64,000 nucleotides of DNA, taken from IMG/VR virus record IMGVR_UViG_3300037067_027643, positions 192,001 through 256,000 of that record, one strand, 5' to 3'. This document shows, one piece after another, positions 55,058 to 64,000 of the stretch. Positions within the stretch are counted from its first letter, which is position 1, and every line of letters begins with the position of its first letter. The translations under genes and the position numbers were made by a program. The notes beneath the pieces are model-generated. The model had not been told where the DNA came from, did no database searches, and worked only from the letters and a program-made list of their open reading frames with translations. This DNA comes from a virus. Taxonomy: Duplodnaviria; Caudoviricetes.

Positions 55058-55924
55058 ATGATTAAAACAAGAATAGAACCAGAAGCGAATTATCGTGCTA
55101 TTTGGTGTAATGGTAAAACACTTAGATTTGCAATAGATCCAAAGAAGCCAATTACAGAATTAAAGTACCCAGAATTTTTTGATATAATGACAACTTCCTG
55201 TTGTTCAGGGTTTTGCAAAGAATGTTATATGGATAGTTTCCCGCAACCACATTATGAAAATATCATAGAAAAAACAAGAACATTTTTTGATAATATTCCA
55301 AAAGAACATTTACCATTTCAAGTTGCACTTGGTGGAGGAGAACCAACAAGTCATCCTGATTTTATTGAACTACTTAGAGTATTAAAGGAAGAATATGATA
55401 TCTGTCCTAACTATACTACAAATGGAATGTTTTGTGATTATAAAGAAGCTATATCATCTCAAAATGAAATTGATATATTAGAAGCAACTAAAAAATATTG
55501 TGGTGGAGTAGCAGTTAGTTGTCATCCGCATTTAAAAGATTATTGGGAGAGAGCTGCTAAACAATTTATACATTATGGTATAAAACTTAATTTTCATATC
55601 ATTATATCAGATCGAGAATCAATTGACAACTTTGTAGAAATATATAATGAATGGAAAGATCGAGTTGATTACTTTGTTTTGTTACCCTACGGAGTACAAG
55701 GAAGAGCTAAACAAAAAGAAATAGATTGGGAATATTTAGTAGAACAACTTCCAGAAGAACAATCTAAAATAGCGTTTGGTGCTAACTTTTATCCATATTT
55801 ACTTAAAGGAGGACATAATATTAAAGTGTGCTTGTATGAACCAGAAATAATGAGTAAATTTTTAGATTTAAAAGATATGAAACTTTATCCAAGTTCGTTT
55901 AATTTAACAGAAATAAAACAATGA
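55058..55924 (+). CDS. Radical SAM enzyme
   Basis: C49-x3-C53-x2-C56 (CSGFCKEC), QVALGGGEP and NYTTNG; no C-terminal SPASM cysteines. Confidence 0.9.
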   Translation: MIKTRIEPEANYRAIWCNGKTLRFAIDPKKPITELKYPEFFDIMTTSCCSGFCKECYMDSFPQPHYENIIEKTRTFFDNIPKEHLPFQVALGGGEPTSHPDFIELLRVLKEEYDICPNYTTNGMFCDYKEAISSQNEIDILEATKKYCGGVAVSCHPHLKDYWERAAKQFIHYGIKLNFHIIISDRESIDNFVEIYNEWKDRVDYFVLLPYGVQGRAKQKEIDWEYLVEQLPEEQSKIAFGANFYPYLLKGGHNIKVCLYEPEIMSKFLDLKDMKLYPSSFNLTEIKQ

Positions 55925-58900
55925 CAAATAAAGAGCAAGAAACCGTAGATAAATTACTTAGATTAGTAAATGATCTAAGAACAGAAAACAATAAGTTTAG
56001 AGAAGACATCAAACTACAAGTAGACGCTATTAATACCAAAACCAATAATAAACATCTACCAATAGTTTTAGAACAGGATATTTTAAGAACTACTCAATTA
56101 GCAATAGATAAATCAATTCAAACTGTATTAACCGCTTATGATAGCCCACTTAATAAACTTGTAAAATCTGTAGTAGATGAAAATTCTATGGAACTAAGAA
56201 AAATAATATCAGATAGTTTTTCACAAGTAATCAAAACAGATGATTTTAAACAATCAATTATAAGTGGATTTGCACATAAAGTAGCTAGAACTATAATTTC
56301 AAATAATGATGGGTTGTTTGATAAAGTATCTAATGAACTGAAACAAGATAGTATATTTAAATCAAAGATGTCTTTAGCAGTTGCTAATGTAGTGGAAGAA
56401 TGTTTACAAAATAAAAAGTAAATAATATGGATAAAATAGATAAACTTAAAGAACAAATAGATCTTTTAGACAGTAAGGTTGATGCTCTAATTGATAAATT
56501 TGATAGAAAATGGTTTAAAACATATAATCCATTTAGTGAAAAGACATTTGATCAATATAACAAAGAAAGAAATGATTATTGTCAACCACATTTGGAAGAA
56601 TTAATAAAATTAAAATTGGAATATCGATTAACAAAACCGTATAAATTAGAACCAGTTCCAGATTATGGTGATGTAATGTCTTTAATTGATTTTATAGATT
56701 GTGTAAAAGAAGGAGGTTTTATTGATTATGATGGGTATGGAAGATATATTATAAATAATTATATGACAGATATTGAAATTTATCCAACTGATGTAAAAAA
56801 TAATTATTTAAGAAAAGAATTTGATACTATTATTTGGTTTAATAGATAGAAATATGACACTATCAGAAAATATACAATCAACTTTAGATTCTGGTTTTGT
56901 AGTAGAATCTATTGAAACAGGAATAAGGATACAAAAAACAAATGATACTTATTATTTACAAGACAGAGATGAACAGTTAAAATTTACTGAGTGGAGTGAA
57001 ATATTTAGTTATTTTATAAAGTGTCATTTCCTAGAGTTGCAAAAGAAGTACGAAGATAGTGAAGAAGATAATTAAAAATAAATTTGGTAATATAAAATAA
57101 ATTGTTTAATTTTGTAAAAAGAATATAATGGAAAATAAAAATAATCTTATTAGGAGAAATACTATATTAGATTTAATATCATATGAGATATATTGTGAAG
57201 AAAAACGAATAGAAAATATGTCTGAATGTAAGTTAAAAGAAAAGAAAAAATATTTAATTATAAAATTAAATGATCTAAAAGAAAAAGTTGAAGAATTAAA
57301 GGGCATTTAAATAAATTGTTTAATTTTGTAAAAAGAAATATATGGAATCAAATTTAAAAGAATTATATGTTATTGTTTTATGTGGTTGTGAAGGAATAGA
57401 TTCATTAGTTTATGCTACGTTAGATAAAGAAGACGCCGTTAATGCAATAAAAACTTTAAAAAACGATATTACAAAAGCAATAGAACATCAAAATAAAGTA
57501 TTTGAAGAATTTGGGAGTGAAGAAAATGAACAATGGAATACAGTATGGGATAGAATGTATTTTAATAAAGAAATCACAAATAAAGAACATGATGATGCCT
57601 GCTTCAAAGATCCGGATGCATATTGTATTAGAAAATGGAATGGAATAGAATTTTCGTGCGTATGTAGTGAATTAGGATGTAGTCCAAGTAAACCGTGGTT
57701 AATGTAGATAATTAAAAATAATAATAATGGAAAATAACAAAGAAATAGTAGAATCAGTAAAATTCAAATGTATGGATTGCAAACACTTTCATCAGATCAC
57801 TTATTCAATAGGACAAGGATCTGAAACAATGTATTGTCTAAAAAATCCAACTATGTATCTTAAGAAATTTGAATATATAGTAGATTGCAATCAATTTGAA
57901 GCAAAAGGTAGTAGAACAAAATTAAATGACTAAATAATATGAAATGGAAAGTTAAATACCCAACTATCGGTGATACAAGAATCATAAAAAGATTTTTGTT
58001 TTTACCTCGTTGTATAGAAGGCGAGGTTAGATGGTTAGAATTTGTCAAAATTAAACAGATGTATAAAATAAATTATATGGATGCAGATAGTTGGTATGAT
58101 ATAGCGTTTGTTGATTAAAGTTTTAAAATTATGAACGTCAAAAAAGAAGTATTAGATAAGTGTAAGTCAATGGTTCAAAAAGAACTAAACGAAGTTCAAT
58201 ACAAAATTCGTTGTAATAAATATAAAATAAACGAATTGTCCAAAGAACAGAGAGTATTAAAAGCAGAATTAGGTCGATTATTTGAAATAAGAAATTCATT
58301 AAAATAAAAATAAATCATGAAACAATTATCATTTAGAAAAAACGTAATGTGGATAGGATTAACAACCATCTTTCCAATGCTATTTTCGCTATTATTTTAC
58401 CTATTACAGAGATATAATATAATGTATGTAGGAAACCTATGGATAACATTACCTTTGATATTAGCTAGTATATTATGGGTGTTTGCTATTATTGTAACTA
58501 TCAAAGATCATTATAAAAACAAAAGTGATGAAAAGATTGAATAAATTTTGGGCAATCAATATTGTAATAGGATTCGTAATGCTATGTTTGTGGAACTATT
58601 GTGATTTAATTGGAAAGATAGGTTATTTATGGATGATGACAAGTATAATGATGACAATTTATAAAATCAAATAAAAATATAAAAAAGAAAATTATGACAA
58701 CAACATTAATTATTTTAATATCCTTTATAATTTGGTTAATTATAGGATTTATAAGTTTTGTTTACTGGTGGACTAGAGATTGCGGTAATATTACAACAAA
58801 AGAATTATCTTATCTTTTTACATTTTCTATACTTGGAATAATCTCTTGGTTTATTGGGTATGGAATTCATAGAATGACGTTAGAAAAACCCAAAAAATAT

Positions 58901-60211
58901 AAAGAACCTATGATATTATTTAAAAGTAGAATAGATAATTATTAAAATAAATGAAACTAACCGAAGAACAAATTAAACAAAATAATAATATTCCTACATC
59001 AGAAATTGAAGATGATATTTATGAAACTCAATATGAAATTGATCAATATGAATCAGAACTTAAACCATTAAGAAATAATCCAGTCGAAAACAAGTTGAGT
59101 ATTTATATGAAAGAAGGAAACATTTTAAAACGCAAAGATTTTATAGACGAATTAAATCAAATATTAGAATATAGAAAAATAAAATTATGAAAAATCAAAA
59201 AGAATACGATAGTTTAGTTGTATTATACGATACAGTTAAAAATTTAATTAAAACATATAAATTTAATAAAAAAGCAGAACAGAAAAGACTTAAGAATATT
59301 CATATTAATACACTTCCTCCTTATTCTGGAGATGATCTAGTTAGTGCTAGAATTGATGAAGAGATCACTAATATTGATATATTTATTATGGACTTAAAGA
59401 AAATAAAAAATAAAATAATCGAATTAAATAATATTGATAATGAAACTAATTAAAATTGAAGTAAATAAAGAATGTGATAAAACAATGATTCTAGGTGAGT
59501 TAGAATTATATCCTGTTACTCTTACATTCAAAACATTATTTGGTAAAGTAAAAACTGTTTTAGCTTATCCAACCAGTTATGGTCCAACTTACTGGAGTAA
59601 TTTTATTCATTTTTACTATTATATTGATGAAACTGGAAAACAATTAAGCGGCAATATATCAGAGAAAATAACAAATTTTTGTAAAACATTAAGATTTAAA
59701 TAATTATGAATCAATTAAATTATAACTTAGAAAAATTAATTAGAATATCTGTAGTAGATGTTAAAAAGAGTAATACTTACGAATATATCAAAGGTCATTA
59801 TAATTTTTGGGGTAAATTTATACCCACTTACATAGAATACAGAGATGGTCTTGTATATGAAAAAACTAAGAATATTGATGAACTACCAGATAATTTGTTT
59901 TTAAAGGATAATATAATATATAAAAAATCAAAATGTGTATTAGAATTTCAAGATCATTATCAATATACATATTGGTTTGAAACATATCAACACGCTATAT
60001 ATAAAGCAAACGAAATAAAAACATTATCAGGAAATAGGTATTTAACTATAAATTAATAAATTAATTATGAAAAAGAAACTAAGTAAAGAAGAATTCAAAG
60101 CAAAAAGAGAAGCAGCTAAATTCAAAAGAAATGAAATAGATTCTCATACAGTAAAAATGAGTAGAATAAATGGTACTTATGTAGAGCCAACAAAAATAAA
60201 TAAGTAAAGAT

Positions 60212-60781
60212 ATGAAAAAGTTCGAGAAAATAGTACAATTAGAATTAAATAACACATTATTAAGAAATGAAGTAGCAAACCTAAGAAAGTCAAATTTAAG
60301 ATATGAAGAATTACTCAAAACTTTATTATGGACTAAAGAATTACCTAATAATGATACAATGAAAAAATTAGCTATTCCAGTTCCAACAAAACAAGAAGAT
60401 ATTAATATTAAATATCCACCAACCAAATTTGAGTTTAAACCAGAAATCGTAGAATTAAAAGATAGTAAATATATAACATCAATCATTCACATTAGAAATG
60501 ATAATCAATATAATCATGTAAACGCTACCTTAGTTGGAATTGTAAAAGAAAATAAACTAAATATTGGTATTTCATTTTGTCATGAAAAAGATAATTTCTC
60601 TAAAAAAGTAGGTAGAGAACAAGCATTAGATAGAGCTATAAATAATCCAATAGTGTTTCCTTGGTTAAAGACCTCAAATCCAAAAGAAATTAAAATGTTT
60701 TTATATGAATTTGCCGAACTATGTAAGAATACTAAAAATACATTAGTTGAAAATCTTTACAATACTAATAAAAATAAATAA
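60212..60781 (+). CDS. Hypothetical protein with a C-terminal G-x-S-x-C-x4-NF-x4-G-x3-A-x3-A phage domain
   Basis: GISFCHEKDNFSKKVGREQALDRA. Confidence 0.5.
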   Translation: MKKFEKIVQLELNNTLLRNEVANLRKSNLRYEELLKTLLWTKELPNNDTMKKLAIPVPTKQEDINIKYPPTKFEFKPEIVELKDSKYITSIIHIRNDNQYNHVNATLVGIVKENKLNIGISFCHEKDNFSKKVGREQALDRAINNPIVFPWLKTSNPKEIKMFLYEFAELCKNTKNTLVENLYNTNKNK

Positions 60782-63199
60782 GTATGGATATACATATAAA
60801 AGAATTAGTAAAAGATGAACTACAATTTTGTGAAGAACTTGATTGTGTTAAAAATGAACATGGAGTGTATATTTATAAAAGTTCAAATGAAGTACATAGT
60901 TTTAACTTACCTCTGCTATTAAGCCATTATAAAGATTGGTTAATTGATAATAATATAGTTAAAGGAATTGATATAGATTTAGAAAATAAAAGATATCCAA
61001 CCGACAAAGAAATTCAAAAAAGAGGTAATGATTATGCGGATGGTTGTAATCATGAATATAGTGAAAATCCATTATCACCTTATTACCAATGCGCAGAAGA
61101 TTTTATAAATGGAGCCAGATGGTTGAAAAAATATATTAAGAAAAATAATGAAAAAACAAAAAATCGAACTAATAAGAAGTCTTGAAAGAGATTGTGGATT
61201 TCAACGATTTAAAGTCAATATTAAATCTAATGAAGAAGATATTAATAATGTATTAAATTATGTTAGAAGTATTATAATTGAATTAAATGATCATTATAAA
61301 CAAGATATTAATAATTTATTAGAACATGAAAAATAAAAGATATCCAATGTGCAAAGATCAAATAGCACAAATAGATTGTAGACAAGAAGAATGTAAATAC
61401 CATAAAAATGCTTGTTGTACTAATATAAGTCCAGCAATATCACTATATTCAAATGGAAATTTTGTTTGTTGGAGTTACAAACATAAAAAGAAATAATATT
61501 ATGATTGAAAAAGACAACGACTATCTTTGGAGACAATTTATAAAATTAGGTGATATGATGGGAAACGGACTACATCATGAACCAGATGGTAAATGGATAA
61601 TTAAAGAATATAATAAATTAGCTAAAATTTTAATACCAGAAATAAAAGAACAAAATAAAGAAAAACGTAAATTAAAATCAGAACATATAAATAAACAAAT
61701 GCAAATATTGCTATTAACCAAAAAATGTCATTGCGGAGGACAATTAGAACAATCAAGAAGTGGTAGTAAAGTTTGCTATTGTAAAGATTGTAAGAGTAGA
61801 TACATAGCCAAAAATAAATAAAATAATAAAATGAAAATAAACATTAAAGACTTAGTAAAAGATAAAACAGCAAAATTATCATATATTTGTAACTGTATAG
61901 CTTATTTTGAAATAGATGAAAAATATCAGTTTCCAATTAATTTAACAACGGATGAATGGAAAACTACATATCTATATACAGAATATAAAGCTATCACATT
62001 AATGAGATGGATAAGAATAGCTATAAACAATGAAACATTAATAATTTTAAAATAGTAAAATGAAAACATCAGAAGAAATAAACATTAAAGTTCTGAAAAC
62101 TAAAAAATTGTTTGATAAAAAACTTATTGAATATAATAAAATACGTCAAAATGGAGCAGTAGATGGTTCTTGGAATCGATTAGAATCTGAATTACAAGAG
62201 TTAAATGGTATGTTAAAAGCTTTTAAATGGATAATAAATCATAAATAATATAAATCATGAAATATAGAATTAAAATCATAACTTATAAAAGTGGTAGAAA
62301 AACATATTCTCCACAGTTTAAAACATTTTTTGGATATAAAGGATTGTCATATACAGGTGAAACAAGACCGTTTAGTTTAGAACTAGAATCTAGAGAACAA
62401 GCATTAACTTTTATTGATTATCATTATAATGGTAATAGTAAAGTACAAACAATTGAAGTTGAATATATAACAAAATAACAATTAAATTATGAGTATAGAT
62501 ACAAACTTACATGTTGGACCATATTTAGTTCAACTAAAAACAAAAGAAACCGAAGTAGAAAAGACAATTAAAACATGTTCAAATGATAATTGTCAAATAA
62601 ATATTAATAATGAGAGACAAACTTCGAAATTTTGTCCAAATTGTGGTAGTCCGGTTTTAGAAAAAATATATATTGAAACAGAAATAATGGATATCTGTGA
62701 TATTTTGTGTAATAATGAAGAATTTGAAAACGAATTAAGTAATATAGATCAAATGGGTTGTAGAAAAGATAATATTATTATTTCTAATGGAGGATCTCCT
62801 TTTGACGAAGATAGATGGACAGAAGATGATGATATTTGTGATCTAACCAATGTAAACGTACAGGAAGAAATTGAATGGTTTAAAAATGAATATAAAACTA
62901 TTTTAGAAGCAATAGAAAAAGAATTAGGTGAAAATGCTTATGAAATAAAATACGGAGTCATACAATGGTATAGTTAAAATTTATAAAATTAAAATGGGAC
63001 AAATTATAGAAGAACAATCATTTGAAAGAGATGAAGATTATGGTATAGATATTAAAATTACTCAAAAATGTGAATATAATAGCATATCAGAATGGATCAT
63101 AGTAGAAACGGATGGACAACAATTAAGTTTACCTACTTTTGAATGGAGAATGTTATATAATTTAATCAATAAATGTTTAGAAATGAAAGGACACAAATT

Positions 63200-63454
63200 A
63201 TGAAAAATTTTACAGATAATGATGCACAAGAATTCGGTGATAAATTAGTTGATACAGTAAATAAAATAACTGCTGGGCACATGATACCTCCATAAAATAT
63301 CGATAAAGAAAAGGAAGAATCATTTAAGAAATGGGTTGATAAATTACACAATGATATAAATTCAATTACTGGTAAAGAAATGTTGGACTTTTTAAATAAT
63401 AATTGGGTTGTAGATAAAGATGGAAATATTAATAAAATAAATTTAAAGAAATGA
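63200..63454 (+). pseudogene. Hypothetical gene with an in-frame premature TAA at 63293
   Basis: The ATG overlaps the upstream TGA. The frame continues past the single TAA to a TGA that overlaps the next ATG (63451). Confidence 0.6.
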
Positions 63455-63661
63455 AAATAACAAAAAATTTAACTTGGGAACCCAATTTTAATAATCAAAT
63501 AGAAACAGAACATAAAACATTTATACTTACTATCAATAAAAAAGAAGTAGAAATAAATTGCAACTGGGATTATGGTTGGGCTGGTAGAGGAAGTGAAACA
63601 ATGGTTCTCGGTTTAGAAGAATTAAAACAATTAATTAATGAAATAGAAAATAGTTAAAATT

Positions 63662-64000
63662 ATGGAAGACAACTTAACAATAATTCTAAGACAGTTTGAA
63701 CGACTTAAAGGACAATTGGTTATTACCGCGTCTTGGGAAATAGAAAGATTAATAGCAATAAGTTCAGATAAATGGGACTATTATTATGTAACTTACAATG
63801 GAAGAAAACTAATATTTAATAGCTGTGTAAGTAGATTGATACAATTAAAAGATAAAATTGATAAAGAAGATTATAATGAATTGATACGTATAGCTAAATT
63901 AAACAATTACGATTATATAGTAAAAGATGAAAAAGATAGAAAACAAATTAGAGATGATTTATTATCAGTGTTTTACGACGATGATACAGAAATATTATTA
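63662..64000 (+). CDS. Partial hypothetical protein (runs off the window)
   Basis: MEDNLTIILRQFERLKGQLVI... is open to the window end. Confidence 0.6.
   Translation, partial: MEDNLTIILRQFERLKGQLVITASWEIERLIAISSDKWDYYYVTYNGRKLIFNSCVSRLIQLKDKIDKEDYNELIRIAKLNNYDYIVKDEKDRKQIRDDLLSVFYDDDTEILL

Larger units (their letters stand above)
55921..63657 (+). other. Rightward block of about 25 small hypothetical ORFs; promoter at 57083-57114
   Basis: Packed co-oriented ORFs, several with CxxC pairs or TM helices. Confidence 0.55.

Noticed and set aside
736-63351. Short ORFs antisense to or overlapping real genes (e.g. 736-939, 1757-2074, 7489-7683, 17587-17784, 20374-20667, 38799-39038, 56136-56456, 60079-60486)
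   Set aside because: Shadow frames with F/L/I/S-biased composition, opposite to the operon direction and without leaders.
1-64000. Stop-codon reassignment (as in some Bacteroidetes-infecting phages)
   Set aside because: Long genes (1394 and 1039 aa) and known enzymes are intact in code 11. TAG and TGA end genes followed by proper starts. The in-frame TAG-ATG junction at 52791-52796 is an isolated case.

Overview
Very AT-rich segment of a large tailed (probably jumbo) phage genome read in the standard genetic code. The host is probably a Bacteroidetes member: about 15 promoters match TTTG-N20-TAnnTTTG with invariant spacing, and genes lack Shine-Dalgarno sites. The left ~16 kb holds late, structural and lysis-type genes: a DUF4942-type adenine methyltransferase, a RuvC-like resolvase, holin/spanin-like membrane proteins, a truncated terminase-like ATPase, a truncated TPR sensor, an Mtd_N-type tail fibre and two large virion proteins. 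Several of these have an ACTATTTATA late-promoter-like motif upstream. The remaining ~48 kb is a dense accessory/early region of more than 100 mostly small ORFs. Recognisable enzymes include two HAD phosphatases, a minimal nucleotidyltransferase, a shortened arginyl-tRNA synthetase, a Thg1 tRNA-His guanylyltransferase, two HExxH proteins and a radical SAM enzyme. The best candidate for an undescribed system is at 53.4-55.9 kb. Four tandem, otherwise dissimilar proteins share only an N-terminal [HQ]S-x-VD[LI]ITNSS[TS] motif and lie directly upstream of the radical SAM gene. Other notable signals are a local array of TAAATCTAATC intergenic repeats bracketing genes at 39.5-44.3 kb, genes flanked by ~30-bp direct repeats, and two structured non-coding regions (origin/terminus-like). 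No tRNA, rRNA, CRISPR array, integrase or transposase was seen. All family assignments come from motif recognition by eye; no database searches were run.
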